Assembly (NCBI GenBank): GCA_963719225.1
Contig: CAVRAY010000002.1
Location: 640,001 to 704,000 of the forward strand
Reading direction: 5' to 3'
Source of the DNA: Thermoanaerobaculia bacterium
GTDB taxonomy: Bacteria; Acidobacteriota; Thermoanaerobaculia; UBA5066
Length of the DNA: 64,000 bases
Shown one piece after another: positions 47,727 to 56,523 of the stretch. Numbering within the stretch: the stretch's first letter is position 1; each line of letters starts with the position of its first letter. The position numbers and the translations under genes were made by a program. Under the pieces are notes generated by a model. That model worked only from the letters and a program-made list of their open reading frames with translations. It did not search any database and was not told the DNA's origin.

Positions 47727-48824
47727 CTACGCGACCGCGAGCCCGGCGCCCCAGTGGAGGCCGGCGCCGAGAGCCGCGAAGGCGACGAGGGAGCCGTCCT
47801 TCGCCTTCCCTCCCTGGCGCGCCTCGTGCCACGCGATCGGCAGCGTCGCCGCCGTCGTGTTGCCGTACTTCTGGATGTTGTTGAACACCCTGTCGTCCGG
47901 CAAGCCGAGCACCTTCTGCGCGGCCTCGTTGATCCTGAGGTTCGCCTGGTGCATGAGGAGAAGGTCGAGGTCGGCGAGCGTCCTGCCGTTCGCGGCGAGG
48001 ATGTCCTGGACGGCGGCCGGCATGAGCGTCGTCGCGAGGCGGAAGACCTGCCGCCCCTCGACGATCGGGATCGTGCCGAGGTTCTCGAACATCTCGGGCG
48101 TGAAGAACGGACGGGACTTGCAGCCGCCGCCGGGCACGTAGAGCTTGTCCCAGTGGTCGCCGTCCGTGTACATCGCGAAACCCAGAAAGCCACGGCCATC
48201 CTGGGAAGCGTTCGCCTCGAGGACCATCGCGCCCGCGCCGTCACCGAACAGGACCGCGCGGTCGCGCATGCCCGACGCGCGCTCGTACCAGAAGGGATCG
48301 CACGGGCCGGCGGATTTTCCGAGCATGACGTCCCATACGGATTCCGGCCACGGCATGAGCCCGCTGTGGACCTCGGCGCCCACGAGGAGGATGCGGTCGT
48401 ACATCCCGGAACGGATGAACGCGTCCGCCGTCTGCAGGCCCGAGAGAAACCCCGCGCACTGCATGCGGATGTCGAGGGCGTGCGTCGTCTTCAGGCCGAG
48501 GCGCGTCGCGAGGAGGCCGCCGTTCCCGGGGAAGTAGTGGTCGGGCGTCATCGTCGCGAAGATGATGAGGTCGACGTCGGCCGCGGTCAGGGAAGCATCG
48601 GCGAGCGCGGCGGCTGCGGCGGCGGCGCCGATCTCGGCGGACCCGACGCCGGGCGCGACGAACCGGCGCTCCTTGATGCCGGTCCTCGGCACGATCCACT
48701 CGTCCGTCGTGTTCATGATCCGGCCCATCATCTCGTTCGTCACGACCTGGGGAGGCAGGTACATGCCCGAGCCCCGGATCACGGTCGTGCGCTCTTTTTT
48801 CGGCGGGGCCGTCAGATTTTTCAC
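47727..48824 (-). CDS. fabH: 3-oxoacyl-ACP synthase III family
   Basis: TTDEWI..RTGIKERR, catalytic MQCAGF, LFGDGAGA, HQANLRI, YGNTTAA, GAGLHWG. Confidence 0.88.
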   Translation of the reverse strand: MKNLTAPPKKERTTVIRGSGMYLPPQVVTNEMMGRIMNTTDEWIVPRTGIKERRFVAPGVGSAEIGAAAAAAALADASLTAADVDLIIFATMTPDHYFPGNGGLLATRLGLKTTHALDIRMQCAGFLSGLQTADAFIRSGMYDRILLVGAEVHSGLMPWPESVWDVMLGKSAGPCDPFWYERASGMRDRAVLFGDGAGAMVLEANASQDGRGFLGFAMYTDGDHWDKLYVPGGGCKSRPFFTPEMFENLGTIPIVEGRQVFRLATTLMPAAVQDILAANGRTLADLDLLLMHQANLRINEAAQKVLGLPDDRVFNNIQKYGNTTAATLPIAWHEARQGGKAKDGSLVAFAALGAGLHWGAGLAVA

Positions 48825-48895
48825 GCGGCGGAGTCTACCGGAAGGGTGGCGTTAACGCCGGGGAAGCGGCGCCCTGAAAAAGCCGACGAGGCCGC

Positions 48896-49186
48896 TCACG
48901 GCTTCGTTTTCAGGACGGCGACCGTCGCGCCCCAGCCCCCCCGCTCGGGCGTCGCGTCCGCGAAGGACACGACGTGAGGCGAACGCTCGAGGACCCGGCG
49001 GACGATCGCCCGCTGGACCCCGATGCCGCGTCCGTGAACGACCCGGACCTCGCGAAAGCCCTTCTCCGCCGCGGCCGCGAGGTACTCCGCGACGACGGCC
49101 GCCGTTTCGTCCGGCCGGAACGGATGCAGATCGAGCGCGTCCTCGACGGGGAGCGCCAGCGCCGATTCGGGGTCCGCGCCGTCCAT
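48896..49186 (-). CDS. Stand-alone Smr/MutS2 domain protein
   Basis: LDLH, VRVVHGRGIG, GGWGATVAVL. Confidence 0.9.
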   Translation of the reverse strand: MDGADPESALALPVEDALDLHPFRPDETAAVVAEYLAAAAEKGFREVRVVHGRGIGVQRAIVRRVLERSPHVVSFADATPERGGWGATVAVLKTKP

Positions 49187-49225
49187 CGTCCTAGAATAGC
49201 GTCCTCGACTTCATGAGGTGACACG

Positions 49226-50143
49226 ATGAAGAGACTCGTCTCCGCGTTCGCTCTGCTCGGGCTCCTTTCGTCTCCGGCCCTCGCGCAGAGCAACAAGCCC
49301 CGGGTGGCCGTCCTCGAGTTCAAGAACAAGGCGTCGCATTACTCGTGGAGCTGGTACGACGCCGGGCGCGGCGCCCAGGACATGCTCGTGACCGAGCTCG
49401 TCAAGACCGGAAAGTACCGGGTGATCGAGCGCGAGCAGCTCGCCGCGATCATGCAGGAGAAAAACCTCTCGCTCTCGGGGGACATCGACCCGCGCACGGC
49501 CGTCAAGATCGGCAAGATGCTCGGCGTCGAGTACCTCATCGCCGGCGCGGTGACCGAGCTCGGCGTCACGGATCGAGGAGCGAGCGTGCCCGGGGGACTC
49601 GGGCGTTTCGGCCTGCCCTCCGTGAGCGTGCGCTCGCAGAAGGCGGAGGCCGCGCTCGACGCGCGCGCGTTCTCCACGTCCACGGGCGAGATCGTGTGGG
49701 CGGACACCGCGCGGGACGAGACCTCGGACGCGAGCGTCTACGTCGCAGGCGCGGGCGGCGGCGCCTCCGACCACGGCAAGGTCGACAAGATCATGCGGCC
49801 CGTCGTCCAGAAGCTCGCCGCGTCGTTCGCGAAGGCGGACGTCAAGACGTCCGGCATGGGCGGCAGGAGCGACGCGTCGGGCATCGTCGGGAAGATCGCG
49901 AAGGCGGACGGCGGCATGCTCTACGTGAACGTCGGCTCGGAGGGCGGCGTCAAGGAAGGCGACGAGTTCACGGTCTACCGCGTCGGCGAGCAGATCAAGG
50001 ACCCGGATACGGGCGAGGTGCTCGGGGCGAACGAGACCCGGGTCGGCCGCGTCAAGATCACGTCCGTGAAGGGCCCGCGCCTCTCGACGGCCGCAGCGAT
50101 CTCGGGTAGCGGCTTCCGGGCGGGCGACACGCTGAAGAACTGA
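49226..50143 (+). CDS. CsgG/HfaB-like (TolB-N fold) secreted protein with FlgT-C-like beta domain
   Basis: Signal peptide, RVAVLEF, YRVIEREQL, KIGKMLGVEYLIAGAVTE, YVNVG..GVKEGD, IKDPDTGEVLG. GAGGTG SD. Confidence 0.8.
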   Translation: MKRLVSAFALLGLLSSPALAQSNKPRVAVLEFKNKASHYSWSWYDAGRGAQDMLVTELVKTGKYRVIEREQLAAIMQEKNLSLSGDIDPRTAVKIGKMLGVEYLIAGAVTELGVTDRGASVPGGLGRFGLPSVSVRSQKAEAALDARAFSTSTGEIVWADTARDETSDASVYVAGAGGGASDHGKVDKIMRPVVQKLAASFAKADVKTSGMGGRSDASGIVGKIAKADGGMLYVNVGSEGGVKEGDEFTVYRVGEQIKDPDTGEVLGANETRVGRVKITSVKGPRLSTAAAISGSGFRAGDTLKN

Positions 50144-50168
50144 GGAGAAGAGAACCAGATTCCCGGTC

Positions 50169-52010
50169 TTATCTTCCGGAAAGATCTCTGGCTTCACGCA
50201 CGCGGGGAGAGCGTGGGGCTCTCTGCCCGGCCTTGTCGAGCTCGTCGCGAAGCTCGCCGCGCGCGTCGGCGAACGCGAGTCCCATGACCCACCCGGCGTC
50301 CGGGCCCGGGTTCGGGCCCATGGCCTCGACCTCCTCGGCGACGAAGCGCAGGACGCGCGTCTCGGCGGCCGGACCGGCGTCGCGAAGCGCCCGCGTGAGG
50401 AGCTGCCACGCCTCGGCGTTCCGGCCGTCCGCGTACGCGACGCCGGCGCGCGCGTACGCGTCGAGGAAGCGCACCTCGGCCGTCGGCCGCCGCGCAAGCA
50501 CCTCGCGCGCCGTCCCCATGGCGCTCACGAAATCCTCGCGCGTCAGGCGCGAGCGGCCGTGCGTGTCGAGCGCCTCCCACGCGGCGGAGAGCTGCGTGTC
50601 GCCCGAGAATCCGGCGCCGGAGAGGAGGGGAGGGAAAGAGGTCTGTTTCGGACGCGGGGGGGCGGACGATTCGCGCGTCGAGCTTCCGGCCGCGCTTCGG
50701 GAGGCGATGCGAGGATTTTCGGATTTTTCTTCGAAGGGTGAAGAGGGGCCGCGCGCACCCGCCGCCGAAGCGGCGGGCGGGGCGGAAACGGCCGCCGGCC
50801 CCGTATTCACTTTCGAAGAATCCTCTTCGGACGTTGCGGCTGGCGAGGCGCCGGTCGAGGGGGCGGCTGCCGCGGTCGCCGGGGTCCCTTCTTTCTCACT
50901 CGAAGAACTTCCGGGCGGCACCTTCGTCTCCGCGCTGCTCGACGCGCTCGGGTGGCCCGTCCCGCGCAGCAGGAGGAACGCCCCGACGCCGACGCTCAGG
51001 AGGAGGATCGCGCCGATCGCCCACTTCGTCCGCTTCGTCGGGTCGACGCCCGGGACGGGCGCGGAGGCGGGCGCGGCGAGAGGCGGCGAGGCGAAGTCCT
51101 TCGACGCGACCGTTCGGAGCTGCGAGAGGCCCGCGCCGGCCTCGGGCATCGGCTGCGGAACCGTGGCGGCGGCGCTCGGCACGCCCAGCGCGTCACCGAG
51201 CGCGCGCACGAACGCGCCGCACGTCGCGTAGCGCTCCTCGGGCTTCTTCGCGAGCGCCTTGCCCAGCACGGCGTCCGCGGCCGCCGGGCTGCCGGGCAGG
51301 ACCGTCGACAGGGGCGGAGGCGGCGCCGTGACCTGCTGGTGGAGGACGGCGAGCGGCGAGTCGGCGAGGAACGGCACGCGGCCCGCGAGGAGCTCGAACG
51401 CGACGACCGCGAGCGCGTACTCGTCGGCGCGCCCGTCGAGCGCGCCGCCCGTCGCCTGCTCGGGCGCCATGTAGAGCGGCGTCCCCATCACGGTGCCCGT
51501 CGCCGTGAGGCCCGACGTCGCGTCGACGCTGCGCGCGAGGCCGAAGTCCGCGAGGAGCGGCCGGCCCTGCGAGTCCATGAGGACGTTCGCGGGCTTGATG
51601 TCGCGGTGGAGAATCCCCTTGCCGTGCGCGTGGTCGAGCGCGCTCGCGATCGCGGCGAGCCACGCGACCGCGAGCGGCGGCGGGACCGGGCCCGCACCGC
51701 GGGCCTTCAGCGAGCCGCCCGCGACGAGCGGCATGACGAGGTAGGAGACGTCCTCGCCGTCCACGGTGGCCGCACCGTAGTCGTAGACGGGCAGGACGTT
51801 CGGGTGCTCGAGGCCCGCGACGAGGCGCGCCTCGCGCAGGAAACGCTCCCGGAACGTCGGGTCCTGCGCGACGGGACCGAGAATCACCTTGACGGCGACC
51901 GTGCGCTTGAGCGTCTCGTCCTCGGCCTTCCAGACCTCGGACATGCCGCCCGTGCCGGCGCGCTCGAGGAGGCGGTAGCGCCCGAGAACCGTGCCCGTCG
52001 TGATCGGCAT
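50169..52010 (-). CDS. Hanks-type Ser/Thr protein kinase with TM helix, low-complexity linker and helical C-domain
   Basis: GTGGMSEV, VAVK, HRDIKPAN, DFG, GTPLYMAPEQ; TM segment WAIGAILLLSVGVGAFLLL. Confidence 0.93.
   Translation of the reverse strand: MPITTGTVLGRYRLLERAGTGGMSEVWKAEDETLKRTVAVKVILGPVAQDPTFRERFLREARLVAGLEHPNVLPVYDYGAATVDGEDVSYLVMPLVAGGSLKARGAGPVPPPLAVAWLAAIASALDHAHGKGILHRDIKPANVLMDSQGRPLLADFGLARSVDATSGLTATGTVMGTPLYMAPEQATGGALDGRADEYALAVVAFELLAGRVPFLADSPLAVLHQQVTAPPPPLSTVLPGSPAAADAVLGKALAKKPEERYATCGAFVRALGDALGVPSAAATVPQPMPEAGAGLSQLRTVASKDFASPPLAAPASAPVPGVDPTKRTKWAIGAILLLSVGVGAFLLLRGTGHPSASSSAETKVPPGSSSSEKEGTPATAAAAPSTGASPAATSEEDSSKVNTGPAAVSAPPAASAAGARGPSSPFEEKSENPRIASRSAAGSSTRESSAPPRPKQTSFPPLLSGAGFSGDTQLSAAWEALDTHGRSRLTREDFVSAMGTAREVLARRPTAEVRFLDAYARAGVAYADGRNAEAWQLLTRALRDAGPAAETRVLRFVAEEVEAMGPNPGPDAGWVMGLAFADARGELRDELDKAGQRAPRSPRVREARDLSGR
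50721..50823. repeat. About 100-bp palindromic element in frame within the kinase linker
   Basis: Ends TTCTTCGAAGGGTGAA 50727-50742 and TTCACTTTCGAAGAA 50806-50820; inner GGGGCC/GGCCCC stem and hairpin CCCGCCGC-CGAA-GCGGCGGG. Confidence 0.65.
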
Positions 52011-52031
52011 GCCGGACAGGATATCGGAGCG

Positions 52032-54512
52032 TCAGCCCGAGACGGCGGCGTCGGCTTCCGCGGCGTGGTAGAGCACGACGGAGCCGGGGCCCGCCTTCAC
52101 GGCCTCCCCGAGCGCGTCCTCGGCGCGCGCGAGGAGGGTGGCCGTGTCGAACGCGTCGTCGGGGTAGACCGAGATCCCGGCCGAGAGCGCGAGCGTGACG
52201 CCGGACTGCGCGAGCCGCTCGTCGAGGCCGTTCTCGAAGTTCTTCTGGATCGACCGCATCGCGCGGTGCGCCTGGACCTTGCCCGCCTCGAAGATCAGGA
52301 TGTAGAAGCGGTCGTCCCCGTCGCGCGCGACGAAGTTCACGGCGCGGGTCGAGCGGACGAGCTTCGCCGCGAGCTTCGGGAGGAGCGAGTCGCCGTACTC
52401 GGCTCCGAGGCGCAGGACGGACTCCTTGAGCCCGTCCATCCGGATGTGCGCGACCGCGACGGCCTGGCCGTTCCGCTCGGCCCGCCTCACCTCGGACTCG
52501 AGCCGCTTGCCGAGCGACGAGCGGTTGTAGAGGCCCGACTGGCTGTCGCGCTCCGTCTGCTGCTCGATGAGGCGCATGAGGCGCGCGTTGTGAAGAGCGA
52601 CGGCGGCCGCGTCCGCGAGGAGCTCGAGGCGCTCCTTGAGGTCGACGGGCCAGTCGTCGACGCCGCGGCGCGCGGCGACGGACAGGACGCCGATAAGCTC
52701 GTCGTGGTACGTGAGCGGAACGGCGGCTGCCCGGATGAGCGGCGCGGCCCCGCCCCCCGCGTTGCCGGGATAGAACGAGGCGCCCTCGGCGGGGCCGGCC
52801 ACGGCGAGCGTCTTGTCGAGGAACGTGCGGACGATCGGCTGCGCGGTCTGGTCGAACGGAACGGCCCGCCCGAGCTCGTCTCCGACGTCCGCCCCCCAGC
52901 GCGCTCCGATCTTCACGGACTTGGAGGCGGGATCGGCGTCCCAGAACTGCGCGGCGTCCGCCTTCAGCAGGCTCACGGCCTGCTCGCAGAGGGTCTGCTT
53001 GATCCGGTCGATGTCGAACGTCGTCGACAGCGAGCGGCCGACCTCGCGGAGCCGGTCGAGGAAGCGGTACGACTCGCGCTCCTGCTGGAGGAGCCGCACG
53101 GACGCGATCGCGAGGGAGACCTCCACGCCGAGCGCCTCGAAGGAGGGGAGGAGGTCGGCCGGGAGGCCGTCGGGGCGCGCCCCGGAGACGGCGCAGAGGA
53201 CGCCGACGGGCGCGCCGCGGTAGGCGAGCGGGACCGCGAGGAGACCGAGCGGCGTCGCGAGCGACGCGACGGCCGGGCCGCTCGGGAGAAGCGCCTTTCC
53301 GTGCTTGTCGGAGGACGCGTCCACGTAGAACGCGTGGGAGCCCTCCGTCGAGAGGTGGGTCAGGAGCGACTGGGGAATCTGGACCTCCACCGCGCCGCCC
53401 GCCTTCAGGCACGCCGCGTCGGCGCCCGGCAGCTCGCCGGACGGAAGCAGCCGGATCGCGCAGAGGTCGAGGTCGAATTGCGCCGCGAGCTCGGTGACGG
53501 TGCGGCTCACGATCGCGTGGACGTCCGTGAGGCCGGTGAGGGCGGCGTGGAGCCGCCCGACGAAGGCGACGCGCTCGTTGTTGTGGCGCTCGCCGTCGAG
53601 GAGGCGCGCCTTCTCGAGCGCTCCGGCCGCGAGCTTCGAGAGCTCCTGCGCGAGCCGGAGCTCCTGGGGCGTGAGCGCGAAGCCGCCGCGCCGCGACATC
53701 GTGAGGAAGCCGAACACGTGAGCGCCCGCATGGAGGGGCAGCGCCATCCGCCGGCGGCGAACGGGCTGCGTTCCCGGCTCGTCCTCGAACGCGGGGCCGT
53801 GCGCGGCGAGGCACCGCGCGAGGAGGTCGTCGGAGGCGATCGGCGCGCGGCCGGAACGGGGGCGTTCGCCGCTCACGGGGGCCCCGTGCGTCAGGATCTC
53901 GGCGATCTCCTTGGAGTCGGGCTGGAACCGGAACGCGCTCACGCGGTCGAACTCCAGCTCGCGCGAGAGGGACGCGACGGTCAGGCGGATGACTTCGTCG
54001 GGGTTGAGCGAGAGGAAGGCGCCCGAGGCGAGCTCGAACAGGGCGACGGCCTCCTCGCGGCGCTTCATGAGAGTCCCGAGCGTGCGGTCGCGCTCGAGCA
54101 CGTGGCCGATCGTGCGCGCGAACTGCCGCGCCGCATCCTCGGCCTCGGCGTCCGTGCCCGCGATCGTCTCGAGGACGACGCCGAAGACCGCCTGCGTCTG
54201 GTCCTTGACCTTGACCGGCGCGCCGAAGAAGGAAAGCCCGCCCTCGGACGCCTTCTTGGAGCGGCCCTGGGCGAGGACCTCGGCGAGGTGCTGGTTCAGG
54301 CGCGTCTCGGCGGCGGCGGCGACGCTCGAGCGGCCCGAGCGCGTCATCGGCGGGACGCCGGCGCCGGGCAGGAGCGCGACGACGGGAGCGTCGAAGAAGT
54401 GCAGCGCCGAGTTCAGGATCCCGCCGAGCGCCTCGTCGAGCAGCAGGCCTTCCTTCAGCGCTCCTTCGAACGCCTTCAGGAGAGGGAGACCCGGGAAGCG
54501 AGCGGACGGCAT
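52032..54512 (-). CDS. Multi-GAF protein with degenerate GGDEF domain
   Basis: Repeated GAF-like units (LAVPLAYRG..VGVL, AVPLTYHDELIGVL, ALHNARL), DSQSGLYNR and SAGISVYP. Signature position reads RDGDDRF. Start ATG 54512. Confidence 0.85.
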   Translation of the reverse strand: MPSARFPGLPLLKAFEGALKEGLLLDEALGGILNSALHFFDAPVVALLPGAGVPPMTRSGRSSVAAAAETRLNQHLAEVLAQGRSKKASEGGLSFFGAPVKVKDQTQAVFGVVLETIAGTDAEAEDAARQFARTIGHVLERDRTLGTLMKRREEAVALFELASGAFLSLNPDEVIRLTVASLSRELEFDRVSAFRFQPDSKEIAEILTHGAPVSGERPRSGRAPIASDDLLARCLAAHGPAFEDEPGTQPVRRRRMALPLHAGAHVFGFLTMSRRGGFALTPQELRLAQELSKLAAGALEKARLLDGERHNNERVAFVGRLHAALTGLTDVHAIVSRTVTELAAQFDLDLCAIRLLPSGELPGADAACLKAGGAVEVQIPQSLLTHLSTEGSHAFYVDASSDKHGKALLPSGPAVASLATPLGLLAVPLAYRGAPVGVLCAVSGARPDGLPADLLPSFEALGVEVSLAIASVRLLQQERESYRFLDRLREVGRSLSTTFDIDRIKQTLCEQAVSLLKADAAQFWDADPASKSVKIGARWGADVGDELGRAVPFDQTAQPIVRTFLDKTLAVAGPAEGASFYPGNAGGGAAPLIRAAAVPLTYHDELIGVLSVAARRGVDDWPVDLKERLELLADAAAVALHNARLMRLIEQQTERDSQSGLYNRSSLGKRLESEVRRAERNGQAVAVAHIRMDGLKESVLRLGAEYGDSLLPKLAAKLVRSTRAVNFVARDGDDRFYILIFEAGKVQAHRAMRSIQKNFENGLDERLAQSGVTLALSAGISVYPDDAFDTATLLARAEDALGEAVKAGPGSVVLYHAAEADAAVSG

Positions 54513-54550
54513 GGCGGCGAATGGACATAATAGCGCCCCCGGAGGTGCCC

Positions 54551-56059
54551 ATGCAGAGCGCAAACGCGGACCCAAGCATCCGACCGTCGCCCGGGAGTGC
54601 GACCGAGTCCGCGTCCACGGACGGCCTCGCCCGTTCGCTCGAGCGGATCCTGCCCGCTCTCGAGCGCTTCGGGCGGTTCGAGGGTCCGGACGGCGCCGCG
54701 AAGCGGACGGCCTGGCGACGGGCGCTGGACGGCCCTCTGCCCGAGGAGGGCGTGGGGCGCGACGCGGTCCTCGACCTCCTCCGCGACGTCGTGATCCCGA
54801 ACGGCCTGAGGATCGGAGCGCCGGGATTCACCGGCTGGGTCACGACCTCGCCGACGACGGTGCCCGCGGTCGCCCAGCTCGCGGGCGCGGTCACCGCGGC
54901 GCAGCGCTGGTGGGCGACGCCGGGCAACTTCCTCGAGGTCCTCGCGCTGCGCTGGGCCGGACGCCTCGTCGGCCTCCCGGACTCGTTCGAGGGGTCCTTC
55001 ACGAGCGGAGGCGCGACCGCGAACCTGCTCGGCCTCGCCGCGGCCCGCCAGCACGCCGGCGAGCGCCGCGGCGTCGACCCGGGCCTCGACGGCCTCGCGG
55101 GCCTGCCGGAGCCGAAGGTCTACGCCTCGAGCGAGGTCCACCACGTCGTCCATCGGGCGTGCGGCGTCCTCGGGCTCGGACGCCGGGCGTTGCGCCTCGT
55201 CCCGGTCGACGCGGCACGCCGGCCGGATCTCGGGGCGCTCGAGCGTCTCCTGGACGAGGACGTGCGCGCGGGCGCGACGCCCGTCGCGGTCGTCGCCTCG
55301 GCCGGCGACGTGAACACCGGAGCCGTGGACCCCGTCGACGCGATGCGCGAGATCGCGCACGCGCACGGCGTCTGGCTGCATGTGGACGGGGCGTACGGCG
55401 GCTTCGGCGTCCTCGACCCGCGCGTCGCGCCTCTCTTCGGCGACCTCTCGCGGATCGACTCCTTCGCGGTCGACCCGCACAAGTGGATGGCGGCGCCCGT
55501 CGGCTGTGGCGCCGCCTTCGTGCGCGACGGCGGCGTCCTCGCGCGCTCTCTCACGCTCGAGCCGGCGGCCTACGTCGAGATGGCTCCGACGGACACGGGC
55601 GACACGGACTCGCCGTTCGACCAGATGGGCGAGGGCAACCCGAACTTCTCTCTCGACCATTCGGCGCCGCCGCGTGGCCTCGCCGTGTGGGCGCTCCTCA
55701 AGGAGATCGGCGCGCGCGGGATGAGGGAGCGCGTCGTGCGCCACCACGACTGTGCGCGGCGCGTCGCCGAGCGCGTCCGCGCCCACCCGGCGCTCGAGCT
55801 CCTCGCCGAGCCCGTCCTCTCGATCTGCTGCTTCCGCGTGAAGCCCGCGGGGGTGACGGACGAAGCCGCGCTCGACGCGCTGAACGAGAAGGTCCTGCTG
55901 AGCGTGCGGAAGACAGGCCGCGCGATCCCGTCGCACACGCGCGTGAACGGGCGCTTCGCCCTGCGCCCGTGCTTCATCAACCCGCGCCAGGGGCTCGCGG
56001 AAGCGGACGCCACGGTCGACGAGGTGCTCGCGGCGGCGCGGGAACTGGGGGCGGTCTAG
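54551..56059 (+). CDS. Group II PLP-dependent amino-acid decarboxylase
   Basis: FTSGGATAN, AGDVNTGAVDP, WLHVDGAYG, VDPHKWM (PLP Lys), LRPCFINP. ATG 54551 follows GGAGG. Confidence 0.92.
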   Translation: MQSANADPSIRPSPGSATESASTDGLARSLERILPALERFGRFEGPDGAAKRTAWRRALDGPLPEEGVGRDAVLDLLRDVVIPNGLRIGAPGFTGWVTTSPTTVPAVAQLAGAVTAAQRWWATPGNFLEVLALRWAGRLVGLPDSFEGSFTSGGATANLLGLAAARQHAGERRGVDPGLDGLAGLPEPKVYASSEVHHVVHRACGVLGLGRRALRLVPVDAARRPDLGALERLLDEDVRAGATPVAVVASAGDVNTGAVDPVDAMREIAHAHGVWLHVDGAYGGFGVLDPRVAPLFGDLSRIDSFAVDPHKWMAAPVGCGAAFVRDGGVLARSLTLEPAAYVEMAPTDTGDTDSPFDQMGEGNPNFSLDHSAPPRGLAVWALLKEIGARGMRERVVRHHDCARRVAERVRAHPALELLAEPVLSICCFRVKPAGVTDEAALDALNEKVLLSVRKTGRAIPSHTRVNGRFALRPCFINPRQGLAEADATVDEVLAAARELGAV

Positions 56060-56523
56060 GAGGCGTTCGTCGGGACCCGCCCGGTCGCCCAGAGGATCTG
56101 CGCGGCCATGACGAGCATTCCGAGGTCGCGGGCGACGTCCCACCGCATGTCCCGGATGCGCTCGGCGACGGACTTGCCGGCCGACGTCACGTCGAAGCAC
56201 CCGCAGTCGATTGCGTTCCCGCGCAGGAGATTGGCCGAGATCGCGGCGACGAAGACGAGGAGGAGCGCGCCGATCAGCGCCGCCGACGTCCGCGTCCAGA
56301 TCCCGAGGATGAGCGCGAGTCCGGCCAGCAGCTCGAACCACGGCAGGACGAGGGCCATGACGTTCACGAGCAGGCCGGGGACGAGCCGGTAGTTGTAGAC
56401 CATGTGCGCGAAGGCCGGCGGATCGGCGACCTTCGGGAGCGCCGCGGCGACGAAGAAGACGCCGAGCGCGATCTGGACGCGGACGGTGAGCCAGGGAGAG
56501 GTGAGCCGGCCGGCGAGCGTCAC
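56056..56523 (-). CDS. MauE/DoxX family membrane protein
   Basis: AALPKVADP..F...Y, LPWFELLAG, IDCGCF, RD. GTG 56523 overlaps the rhodanese stop. Confidence 0.88.
   Translation of the reverse strand: MTLAGRLTSPWLTVRVQIALGVFFVAAALPKVADPPAFAHMVYNYRLVPGLLVNVMALVLPWFELLAGLALILGIWTRTSAALIGALLLVFVAAISANLLRGNAIDCGCFDVTSAGKSVAERIRDMRWDVARDLGMLVMAAQILWATGRVPTNAS

Noticed and set aside
50168-50187. CTTATCTTCCGGAAAGATCT-like stretch at the kinase stop as another motif copy
   Set aside because: AT-enriched and vaguely similar, but lacks the TTCGAA core and a partner copy; not counted.
50952-55002. Very long overlapping ORFs (1192 aa +, 1269 aa -) and similar Arg/Ala/Gly/Pro-rich ORFs across the window
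   Set aside because: Shadow frames of well-supported genes, expected at this GC content; no domain motifs.
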